Of a DNA stretch of 64,000 nt, positions 28,401 to 41,389 are shown piece by piece. The stretch is from assembly GCF_009914755.1 (NCBI RefSeq), contig NC_060938.1; one strand, given 5' to 3'. Below the pieces are notes generated by a model. It was not told where the DNA came from. It did no database searches and was given only the letters and a program-made list of their open reading frames with translations. Numbering within the stretch: the stretch's first letter is position 1; each line of letters starts with the position of its first letter. The DNA is from the human T2T-CHM13v2.0 reference genome, Homo sapiens. The position numbers were made by a program, and so were the translations under genes.

Positions 28401-31400
28401 ATTCCATTCCATTCCATTCCATTCCATTCCATTCCATTCCAGTCTATTCCAATCCATTCCATTCCACTCCACTCCAGTTGATTCCATTCCATTGCATTCC
28501 ATTCCATTCCATTCCATTCCATTCCATTCCATTCCATTACATTTCACTCAGGGTGATTCCATTCCATTCCATTCCATTTTATTCCATACCATTCCGTTCC
28601 ATTCCATTCCATTCCATTCCATACCATTCCACTCGGGTTGATTCCTTTCCATTCCATTCCATTCCATTCCATTTCATTCCATTCCATGCCATTCCACTCG
28701 GGTTGTTTCCATTTTGTTTTATTCCATTCCATTCCATTCCATTCCATTCCATTCCATTCCATTCCTTTCCATTCCATTCCATTCCATTGCATTCCATTCC
28801 ATTGCATTCCATTCCACTCGGGTTATTTCCATTCCTTTCCATTAGTTTCCATTCCATTCCATTCCTTTCCATTCCATTCCATTCTATTCCTTTCCACTCA
28901 GGGTGATTCCATTCCATTCCATTCCAATGCATTCCATTCCAGTTGATACCATTGCATTGCGTTGTTTCCATTCCATTCCATTCCATTCCATTCCATTCCA
29001 TACCATTCCATTCCATTCCATTCCATTCCATTCCATTCCATTCCATACCATTCCACTCGGGTTGATTCCTTTCCATTCCATTCCATTCCATTCCTTTCCA
29101 TTTCATTCCATTCCATGCCATTCCACTCGGGTTGTTTCCATTTTGTTTTATTCCATTCCATTCCATTCCATTCCATTCCATTCCATTCCATTGCATTCCA
29201 TTCCATTGCATTCCATTCCAATTCATTCCATTCCACTCGGGTTATTTCCATTCCTTTCCATTAGTTTCCATTGCATTCCATTCCTTTCCATTCCATTCCA
29301 TTCTATTCCTTTCCACTGAGGGTGATTCCATTCCATTCCATTCCAATGCGTTCGATTCCAGTTGATACCATTGCATTGCGTTGCTTCCATTCCATTCAAT
29401 TCCGTTCCATTCCACTCGGGTTCATTCCATTCCTTTCCTTTCCATTGCAATCCATTGCATTCCATTCCATTCTATTCCATTCCATTCCATTCCATTCCAA
29501 TCCATTCCATTCCATTCCATTCCATTCCATTCCATTCCATTCCATTCCGTTCGTGTTGATTCCATTAAATTCCACTCCAATCCATTCCATTCCATTCCAA
29601 TCCATTCCATTCCATTCAATTCCACTCGCATTCAATCTATTCCATTCCATTTCATTCCGTTCTGTTCCATTCCATTCTATTGGATTCCATACCATTCCAT
29701 TCCACTCGGGATGATTCCATTCCATTCCATTATATTCCGTTCGATTCCATTCCATTCCATTCCACTCGGGTTTATTCCATTCCATTCCATTCCATTCCAC
29801 TCGGGTAGTTTCCATTCCATTCCTTTCCATTTCATTCTATTCCATTCCATTCCATACCATTCTATTCCATTCGATTCCACTCCATTCCATTCCATTCCTC
29901 TCCGGTTATTCCATTCCATTGCATTCCATTCCTCTCGGGTTGTTTCCATTCCATTCCATTCCATTTTATTCCATGCATTCGGTTCCATTACATTCCATTC
30001 GATACCATTCCACTTGGATCGATTCCGTACCATTCTATTCCATTCCACTCCATTAAATTCCATTCCATTCCATTCCATTCGGGTAGATTCCATTCCATTC
30101 CATTCCATTCCATTCCATTCCGTTCCGTTCCATTCCATTCCATTCCATTCCATTCCATTCCATTCCATTCCATTCCATACCATTCTATTCCACTCTGGTT
30201 GATTCCATTACATTCCTTTCCATTCCATTCCATTCCATTCCAATCCATTCCATTCCAATCCACTCCGGTTGATTCCATTCCATTCCATCCCATTCCATTC
30301 CATTCCATTCCATTCCACGTGGGTTTATTCCATTCCATTCCATTCCATTTTATTCCATTCCATTCCGTTCCATTCCATTCCAATCCATACCATTCCACTC
30401 GGGTTGATTCCATACCATTCCATTCCATTCCACTCGGGTTGATTCCTTTCCATTCCATTCCATTCCACTCCATTCCATTCCATTCCTTTCCACTCGGGTT
30501 CATTCCATTGCATTCCATTCCACTCCACTCTGGTTGATTCCATTCCATTCCATTCCATTCCATTCCATTCCATTCCATTCCATTCCATTCCATTGCATTC
30601 CATTCCATTGCATTCCTTTCCATTCCATTCCACTCGTGTTGATTCCCTTCCATTCCATTCCATTCCATTCCACTTGGGTTGATTCCATTCCGTTCCTTTC
30701 CATTTCATTTCATACTATTCCATTCCATTCCATTCCATTCTGTTCCATTCCATTTGTGTTGATTCCATTCCATTCCATTCCACTCCATTCCAATCCATTA
30801 CATTCCACTCGGGTTGAGTCCATTCATTTCCATTCCAATCCATTCCATTCCTTTCCAATCCATTCCATTCCATTCAATTCCACTTGGATTCAATCTAGTC
30901 TTTCCATTCCATTGCGTTCTGTTCCATTCCATTCCATTGCATTGGATACCATTCCATTCCACTCGGGATGACTCTATTCAATTCCATTATATTCCGTTTA
31001 ATTCCATTGCATTCCATTCCATTCCATTCCACTCGGGTGGATTGCATTCCATTCCATTCCATTCCATTCCAGTCGGGTGGATTCCACTCCGTTCCTTTCC
31101 ATTTCATTCCATTCCATTCCACTGCATTAAATTCCACACAACTCCGGTTGATTCCATTCCATTTCATTCCATTCCATTTCACTCGAGTTGATTCCATTCC
31201 ATTCCATTCCTTTTTATTCCATTCCATTCCGTTCCATTCCTTTCAATTCCATAACATTCCACTCAGCTTGATTCCATACCAGTCCATTCCATTCCATTCC
31301 ATGCAATTCCTTTCCATTCCACTCCACTCAGGTTGATTCCTTTCCATTCCATTCCATTCCATTCCACTCCACTCCATTCTATTCCATTCCACTCGGGTTG

Positions 31401-31935
31401 ATTCCATTCCATTCCATTCCAATCCATTCCATTCCATTCCATTCCATTCCATTCCATTCCATGCCATTCCAGTCCACTCCATTCCATTCCATTCCCCTCG
31501 GGTTGATTCCATTCCGTTGCATTCCAATCCATTCCATTCCATTCCATTCCATTCCATTCCATTCCATTCAATTCCATTCTATTCCATTCCATTCCATTCC
31601 ATTCTATTCCATTCGGGTTCATTCCTTTCCATTCCATTCCTTTCCTTTCCTTCCCTTTCCATTCCATTCCATTCCATTCCTTTCCTTTCATTCCCTTTCC
31701 ATTCCATTCCATTCCATTCCATTCCATTCCATTCCATTGCATTCCATTCCATTCCATTCCATTCCATTCCATTCCATTCCATTCCATTCCATTCCACTCC
31801 ATTCCATTCCATTCCACTGCATTACATTACATTCAATTCCACCCGGATTGATTCCATTCCATTCCATTCCAGTTGATTCCATTGGATTCGATTCTGTTCC
31901 ATTCCATTCCATTCCATTCCATTCCATTCCATTCC
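22441..31935 (+). repeat. ~12.0-kb higher-order repeat, copy 2 (~9.5 kb, right end truncated)
   Basis: Starts at CCTCTCCGGTTATTCC (~22456 = ~10449) and matches copy 1 up to ~19930/31935. It then continues into diverged sequence resembling ~20690 onward. Confidence 0.93.
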
Positions 31936-33269
31936 ATTCCATTTTATTCCGTTCCATTCCATTATATTACATTCTATACCCTTCCACTCGGCTTAATTCC
32001 ATACCATTCTATTCCATTCCATTCCATTCAATTCCGTTCCATTACATTCGATTCCATTCCATTCCATTCCATTAGTTTCTAATCGGGTTGATTCCAATCC
32101 ATTCCATTATATTCAAGTCCTTTCCATTCCATGCCATTCCACTCCTGTTGTTTCCATTTTGTTGTATTCCATTCCATTCCATTCCATTCCATTCCATTCC
32201 TTTCCATTGCATTCCATTCCATTGCATTCCATTCGTGTTGATTCCATTGCATTCCATTCCATTCCACTTCCTTCCATTCCATTTCATTCCATTCCATTTG
32301 ATTCCATTCCTTTCCATTCAATTCCATTCCTCTCCATTCCGTTCCATTCTACTCGGGTTGATTCCGTTCCATTCCATTTCATTCCATTCCACTTGGGTTG
32401 ATTCCATTCCGTTCCTTTCCATTGCATTCCATTCAATTCCATTCCATTGCATTGCATTCCATTCCATTCCATTCCTTTCTGTTCCATTCCGTTCGATTGC
32501 ATTCCATTGCATTCCGTTCCATTCCATTTCAATCCATTCCATTCCATTCCATTCCATTCGGGTTGTTTCCATTCCATTCCTTTCCATTTCATTCTATTCC
32601 ATTCCATTCCATACCATTCTATTCCATTAGATTCCACTCCATTCCATTCCACTCGGGTTGATTCCATTCCATTCCATTCCATTCAATTCCATTCCATTAC
32701 ACTCGGGTGGATTCCATTCCATTCCATTCCATTTTATTCCATTCCATTCCGTTCCATTCCATTCCATTCCATTCCATACCATTCCACTCGGGTTGATTCC
32801 ATAGCATTCCATTCCATTCCACTCGGGTTGATTCCTTTCCATTCCATTCCATTCCATTCCATTCCATTCCACTCCATTCCATTCCATTCCATTCCAATCC
32901 ATTCCATTCCATTCTTTTCAGTCGGGTTGATTCCATTCCATTCCATTCCCCTCCACTCTGGTTGATTCCATTCCATTCCATTCCATTCCATTGCATTCCT
33001 TTCCATTCCATTCCATTCGTGTTGATTCCCTTCCATTCCATTCCACTCCATTCCACTTGGGTTGATTCCATTCCGTTCTTTCCATTTCATTCCATACCAT
33101 TCCATTCCATTCCAATCCATTCCGTTCCATTCCATTTGTGTTGATTCCATTCCATTCCATTCCACTCCATTCCAATCTATTACATTCCACTCGGGTTGAA
33201 TCCATTCCTTTCTATTCCAATCCATTCCATTCCTTTCCAATCCATTCCATTCCATTAAATTCCACTTGG

Positions 33270-34030
33270 ATTCAATCTAGTCTTTCCATTCCATTCCGTT
33301 CTATTCCATTCCATTCCATTGCATTAGATACCATTCCATTCCACTCAGGATGATTCCATTCAATTCCATTATATTCCGTTCAATTCCATTGCATTCCATT
33401 CCATTCCATTCCACTCGGGTGGATTCTATTCCATTCCATTCCATTCTATTCCATTCCATTCCATTCCAATCCATTCCACTCTGGTTGATTCCATTCCGTT
33501 CCTTTCCAGTCCATTGCTTTCCATACCATTCCATTCCATTCCATTCCATTCCATTCCAATCCATTCCATTCCACTCCACTCCGGTTGATTCCATTCCGTT
33601 CCATTCCATTCCATTCCATTCCACTCGGGTTGATTCCTTTCCATTCCATTCCATTCCATTCCATTCCATTCCATTCCATTCCATTCCATTCCTTTCCAAT
33701 CCATTCCATTCCATTCAATTCCACTTGGATTCAATCTAGTCATTCCATTCCATTCCGTTCTGTTCCATTCCATTCCATTGCATTAGATGCCATTCCATTC
33801 CACTCGGGATGATTCCATTCAATTCCATTATATTCCGTTCAATTCCATTGCATTCCATTCCATTCCATTCCACTCGGGTGCATTCTATTCCATTCCATTC
33901 CATTCCATTCCATTCCATTCCATTCCAATCCATTCCACTCTGGTTGATTCCATTCCGTTCCTTTCCAGTCCATTCCATTCCATTCCATTCCATTCCATTC
34001 CAATCCATTCCATTCCACTCCACTCCGGTT
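33270..34030 (+). repeat. Local tandem duplication, ~459 bp unit
   Basis: GGATTCAATCTAG (~33268, ~33727) and CCTTTCCAGTCC (~33501, ~33960). ORF starts 33350 and 33809 are offset by 459. Confidence 0.8.
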
Positions 34031-35719
34031 GATTCCATTCCATTCCATTCCATTCCATTCCATTCCGTTCCATTCCATTCCATTCCATTCCACACGTGTT
34101 GATTCCATTCCATTCCATTCCATTCCATTCCATTCCATTCCATTCCACTCCGTTCCATTCCATTCCATTCCACTCCATTCCAATCCATTCCATTGCACTC
34201 GGGTTGATTCCATTCCATTCCATTCCATTCCATTCCATTCCATTCCATTCCATTCCATTCCACTCCATTCCATTCCACTCCATTCCATTTCATTCCATTC
34301 CACTCCGTTTGATTCCATTCCATTCCATTCCAATCCATGCCATTCCATTCCATTCCATTCCATTCCATTCCATTCAATTCCATTCCATTCCATTCGGGGT
34401 CATTCCATTCCATTCCATTCCTTTCCGTTCCATTCCATTCGATTCCATTCCATTGCATTCCATTCCATTCCATTCCAATTCATTCCATTCCATTCCATTC
34501 CACTCGGGTTGATTCCATACTATTGCATTCCATTCATTCCTTTCCATTCCATTTCATTCCAGTCGGGTTGATTCCATTCCATTCCTTTCCATTCCATTGC
34601 ATTCCTTTCCATTCCATTCCTCTCGTGTTGATTCCGTTGCATTCCATTCCATTCCAATGCTCTTGGGTTGATTCCAGTCCCTACCATTCCATTCCATTCA
34701 TTTACATTACACTCCGGTTGATTCCATAGTATTCCATTCCATTCCATTCCATTCCATTCCATTCCATTCCATTCCATCCCATTCGGGTTGATTCCATTCC
34801 ATTCCGTTCCAATCCATTCCATTCCTTTCCATTCCATTCCATTCCATTCCATTCCATACACTTCGGGTTGATTCCTTTCCATTCCATTCCATTCCATTCC
34901 ACTCCATTCCATTCCACTCCACTCCGGTTGATTCCATACCATTCCATTTCATTCCATTACATTTCACTCGGGTTGATTCCAATCCATTCCATTCCATTTT
35001 ATTCAATTCCATTCCGTTCCATTCCATTCCATTCCATACCATTCCACGCGGGTTGATTCCATACCATACCATTCCACTCCATTTCATGAAATTCCATTCA
35101 ATTCCATTCCACTCGGGTTGATTACTTTCAATTCCCTTCCCTTCCATTCCATTCCATTCCATTCCATTCCATTCGGGTTTATTACATTGCATTCCATTCC
35201 ATTCCATTCCATTCCATTCCACTCCACTCCATTCCATTCCATTCCGCTCCACTCCATTACATTCCATTCCGCTCCACTCCATTCCATTCCATTCCGCTCC
35301 ATTCCATTCCATTCCATTCCATTCCACTCAGGTTGATTCCATTCCATTCCATTCAAATCCATTCCATTCCATTCCATTCCATTCCATTCCATTCCATTCC
35401 ATTCCATTCAATTCCATTCCATTCCATTCGGGGTCATTCCATTCCATTCCATTCCATTCCATTCCATTACATTCCACTCCATTCCATTCCATTCCATTCC
35501 ACTCCATTCCATTCCATTCCACTCCATTCCATTTCATTCCATTCCACTCGGTTTGATTCCATTCCATTCCATTCCAATCCATGCCATTCCATTCCATTCC
35601 ATTCCATTCCATTCCATTCCATTCCATTCCATTCGGGGTCATTCCATTCCATTCCATTCCTTTCCGTTCCATTCCGTTCGATTCCATTCCATTGCATTCC
35701 ATTCCATTCCATTCCAATT

Positions 35720-36560
35720 CATTCCATTCCATTCCATTCCACTCGGGTTGATTCCATACTATTGCATTCCATTCCATTCCATTCCATCCCATTCGGGTTG
35801 ATTCCATTCCATTCCGTTCCAATCCATTCCATTCCTTTCCATTCCATTCCATTCCATTCCATTCCATTCCGTACACTTCGGGTTGATTCCTTTCCATTCC
35901 ATGCCATTCCATACAATTCCACTCCATTCCGTTCCATTCCATTCGGGTTGATTCTGTCCCATTCCATGCCCTTTTATTCCATTCCATTCCATTCCATTCC
36001 ATTCCATTCCATTCCATTCCTTTCCATACCATTCCACCAAAGTTGATTGCATGTTATTCTATTCCATTCCATTCCATTCCATTCCATTCCATTCCATTCC
36101 ATTCCGTTCCGTTCCATTCCGTTCCATTCCATTCCATTCCATTCCATTCCATTCCACTCGGGTTGATTCCATACTATTGCATTCCATTCTATTCCATTCC
36201 ATCCCATTCGGGTTGATTCCATTCCATTCCGTTCCAATCCATTCCATTCCTTTCCATTCCATTCCATTCCATTCCATTCCATTCCGTACACTTCGGGTTG
36301 ATTCCTTTCCATTCCATGCCATTCCATACAATTCCACTCCATTCCGTTCCATTCCATTCGGGTTCATTCTGTCCCATTCCATGCCCTTTTATTCCATTCC
36401 ATTCCATTCCATTCCATTCCATTCCATTCCATTCCATACCATTCCACCAAAGTTGATTGCATGTTATTCTATTCCATTCCATTCCATTCCATTCCATTCC
36501 ATTCCATTCCGTTCCGTTCCGTTCCGTTCCGTTCCGTTCCATTCCATTCCATTCCATTCC
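35720..36560 (+). repeat. Local tandem duplication, ~415 bp unit
   Basis: ATACTATTGC, CCGTACACTTCGGG (~35869, ~36284), ATTCTGTCCCATTCCATGCCCTTTT and CCACCAAAGTTG are each repeated. ORF ends 35967 and 36382 are offset by 415. Confidence 0.88.
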
Positions 36561-39500
36561 TTTCCATTCCATTCATTTCCACTCGGGTTGATTCCATTCT
36601 ATTCAGTTCCGTTCTGTTCCGTTCCGTTCCATTCCTTTGCTTTCCATTTCATTCCATTGCATTGCACTCGAGTTGATTCCATTCCTTTCCATTCCATTCC
36701 ATTCCATTCCATTCAATTCCATATCCTTCTGGTTGATTCCTTTCCATTCCATTCCATATCATTCCACTCCATTCCACGCCATTGCATTCGGGTTGATTCC
36801 GTTCCATTCCATGCCCTTTTATTCCATTCCATTCCATTCCATTCCATTCCATTCCATTCCATTCCATTCCATTCCATACGATTCCACCAAAGTTGATTGC
36901 ATGTTATTCCATTCCATTCCATTACATTCCATTCAATTCCATTCCATTCCATTCCTTTCCACTCGGGTTGATTCCATTCCATTCAATTCCGTTCCGTTCC
37001 GTTCCGTTCCGTTCCATTGCATTCCATTTCATTCCATTGCATTCCACTAGGGTTGATTCCATTCAATTCCATTCCATACCATTCAATTCCATTCCAGTCC
37101 ATTCCATATCCTTCGGTTTTATTCCTTTCCATTCCATTGAATTCCATTCCGTACCATTCCACTCCATTCCATTCCATTCTATTCGGGTTGATTCCCTTCC
37201 ATTCCATGCCCTTTTATTCCATTCCATTCCATTCCGTTCCATTCCATTCCATACCATTCCACCAAAGTTGATTGAATGTTATTCCATTCCATTCCATTCC
37301 ATTCCATTCCATTCCATTCCTTTTCCAGTCGGGTTGATTCAGTTCCATTCAATTCCGTTCCGTTCCGTTCTTCTCCATTCCATTCCATTTCATTCCATTG
37401 CATTCCACTCGGGTTGATTCCATTCCATTCCATTCCATTCCATTCCCGTCCATTCCATATCCTTCGGTTTGATTCCTTTCCATTCCATTGCATTCCATAC
37501 TATTCCAATCCATTCCGTTCGGGTTGATTCCATTCCATTCCTTTCCATTCCATTCCATACTATTCAACTAGGGTTGATTCCATACCATTCCATTCCATTT
37601 CATTGCATTCCATTCCCTTCCACTCGGGTTGATTCCGTTCCATTCCATTCCAATCTATTCCATTCCATTCCATTCCATTCCATTCCATTCCATTCCACTC
37701 GGGATGATTCCATTCCATTCCATTCCATTCCATTCCATTCCATTACATTCCATTCCACTCAGGTTAATTCCGTTCCTTTCCATTCCAATCCATTCCATTC
37801 CATTGAATTCCATTGGGGTCCAATCCATTCCATTCCATTCCATTCCATTCCGTTCCGTTCCATTCCATTCAATTCCTTTCCATTGCATTCCATACCATTC
37901 CATTCTATTCTATTCCATTCCATTCCATTCCATGCCATTCCTTTCTATTTGACTCAGGTTGATTCCGTTCCATTCCATTCCCTTCCATTCCTTTCCATTC
38001 CATTCCATTCCATTCCAGTTGATTACATTGCATTCCATTCCATTCCATTCCATTCCATTCCATTCCATTCCACTCGGCTTGATTCCATTCCATTCCATTG
38101 AATTCCATTCCATTCCATTCCCTTCCACTCGGGTTGATTCCATTCCTTTCCATTCCTTTCCATTCCATTCCTTTCGGTTCCACTCAGCTTGATTCCATTC
38201 CATTCCATTCCATTTTTTCCCCTCCACTCGGGTTGATTCCATTTGATTCCATTCCATTCCATTATAGTTGATTCCATTCCATTCCATTCCATTCAGGTTG
38301 ATTCAGTTCCTTTCCATTCCATTACATTGCATTCCATTCCAGATTATTCCATTGCATTCCATTCCATTCAAATGCATTCCATTCCATTCCATTCCATTCC
38401 ATTCCATTCCATTCCATTCGGGTTGATTCCATTCCATTCCATTCTACTCAATTCCATTCCATTCCACTCCATCCCATTACATTCCATTGCACTCTGGTTG
38501 ATTATATTCCATTCCAATCCATTCCATTCCATTCCATTCCATTCGGGTTCATTCCATTCCATTCCGTTCTATTCCATTCCTTTCCATTCCATTCCAATCC
38601 ATTCCATTGCATTCCATTCCATTCCATTCCATTCCATTCCATTCCATTCCATTCCATTTGGGTTCATTCCATTCCATTCCGTTCCGTTCCATTCCATTCC
38701 ATTCCATTCCAATCCATTCCATTGCATTCCACTCGGGTTGATTCCATTCCATTCCATTCCATTCCATTCCATTCGGGTTGATTCCTTTCATTCAATTCCA
38801 TTCCATACCATTCGATTCCATTCCGTTCCATTCCATTCGTTTTGATTCTATTCCATTCCATTCCATTCCACTCCATTCCTAACCATTACATTCCAGTCGG
38901 GTGAATCCATTCCATTGCATTCCAATCCCTTCCATTCCATTCCAATCCATTCCATTCCATTCAATTCCACTCGGATTCAGTCTATTCCATTCCATTACAT
39001 TCCGTTATGTTCCACTGCATTCCATACCATTCCATTCCACTCGGGATGATTCCATTCCATTCCATTCCATTCTGTACCATTCCATCGCATTCCATTCCAT
39101 TCCATTCCACGCTGGTTGATTCCATTCCATTCCATTCTGTTCCATTCCATTCGGGGTGATTCCTTTCCATTCAATTCCATTCCATACCATTCGATTCCAT
39201 TCCGTTCCATTCCATTCGTTTTGATTCTATTCCATTCCATTCCATTCCACTTGTGTTGATTCCATTCCGTTCCTTTCCATTCCATTCCATTCCATTCCAT
39301 TCCATTCCGTCCCATTGTTTTCGTGTTGATTCCATTCCATTACATTCCTCTCCATTCCAATCCATTACATTCCACTCTGGTTGAATCCATTCATTTCCAT
39401 TCCAATCCATTCCATTCCTTTCGAATCCGTTCAATTCTATTCAATTCCACTTGGATTCAATCTATTCTTTCCATTCCATTCCGTTCTGTTCCTTTCAATT

Positions 39501-41389
39501 CCATTGCATTTGATACCATTCCGTTCCACTCGGGATGATTCCATTCAATTCCATTATATTCCGTTCAATTCCATTGCATTCCATTCCATTCCATTCCAAT
39601 CGGGTGGATTGCATTCCATTCCATTCCATTCCATTCCAGTCGGGTTGATTCCATTCCGAACTTTTCCATTTCATTCCATTCCATTCCACTGCATTAAATT
39701 CCAAACAACTCCGGTTGATTCCATTCCATTTCATTCCATTCCATTTCACTCGAGTTGATTCCATTCCATTCCATTCCTTTTTATTCCTTTCCATTCCGTT
39801 CCATTCCTTTCAATTCCATAACATTCCACTCAGGTTGATTCCATACCACTCCATTCCATTCCATTCCATGCAATTCCATTCCATTCCACTCCACTCGGGT
39901 TGATTCCTTTCCATTCCATTCCATTCCATTCCACTCCATTCCATTCCATTCCACTCGGGTTGATTCCATTCCATTCCATTCCAATCCATTCCATTCCATT
40001 CCATTCCATTCCATTCCATGCCATTCCACTCCACTACATTCCATTCCACTCGGGATGATTCCATTCAATTCCATTTTATTACGTTCAATTCCATTGCATT
40101 CCATTCCCTTCCATTCCACTCGGGTGGATTCCATTCCATTCCATTCCATTCCATTCCACTCTGGTTCATTCCATTCCGTTCCTTTCCATTCCATTCCATT
40201 CCAATCCATTCCATTCCACTCCACTCCGGTTGATTCCATTCCATTCCATTCCATTCCACTCGGGTTGATTCCTTCCCATTCCATTCCATTCCATTCCATT
40301 CCATTCCATTCCATTCCAATCCATTCCACTCTGGTTGATTCCATTCCGTTCCTTTCCATTCCATTCCATTCCATTCCATTCCATTCCATTCCATTCCATT
40401 CCAATCCATTCCATTCCACTCCACTCCGGTTGATTCCATTCCGTTCCATTCCATTCCATTCCATTCCGTTCCATTCCATTCCATTCCATTCCACACGTGT
40501 TGATTCCATTCCATTCCATTCCATTCCATTCCATTCCATTCCACTCCATTCCATTCCATTCCATTCCACTCCATTCCAATCCATTCCATTGCACTCGGGT
40601 TGATTCCATTCCATTCCATTCCATTCCATTCCACTCCATTCCATTCCATTCCATTCCGTTCCACTCAGGTTGATTCCTTTCCATTCCATTCCATTTTATT
40701 CCACTCCACTCAGGTTGATTCCATTCCATTCCATTCCATTCCATTCCATTCTATTGCATTCCATTCCATTCCATTCCACTCGTGTTGATTCCCTTCCATT
40801 CCATTCCATTCCATTCCACTTGGGTTGATTCCATTCCGTTCCTTTCCATTGCATTCCATTCAATTCCATTCCATTTCATTCCATTCCATTCCATTCCATT
40901 CCATTCCATTCCATTCCGTTCCATTCCATTCGTGTTGATACCATTCCAATCCATACCATTCCATTCCATTCCATTCCATTCCGTCCCATTCTTTTCGTGT
41001 TGATTCTATTCCATTCCATTCCTCTCCATTCCAATCCATTACATTCCACTCTGGTTGAATCCATTCCTTTCCATTCCAATCCATTCCATTCCTTTCCAAT
41101 CCATTCCATTCTATTCAATTCCACTTGGATTCAATCTGTTCTTTCCATGACATTCCGTTCTGTTCCATTGCATTCCATTGCATTTGATACCATTCCACTC
41201 CACTCGGGGTGATTCCATTCAAATCCATAATATTCCGTTCAATTCCATTGCATTCCATTCCATTCCATTCCATTCGGGTTGATTCCATTCCGTTCCTTTC
41301 CATTTCATTCCATTCCATTCCATTCCATTCCATTCCATTCCATTCCATTGCATTCCAATCCATTCCATTCCACTCCATTCCATTCCATT

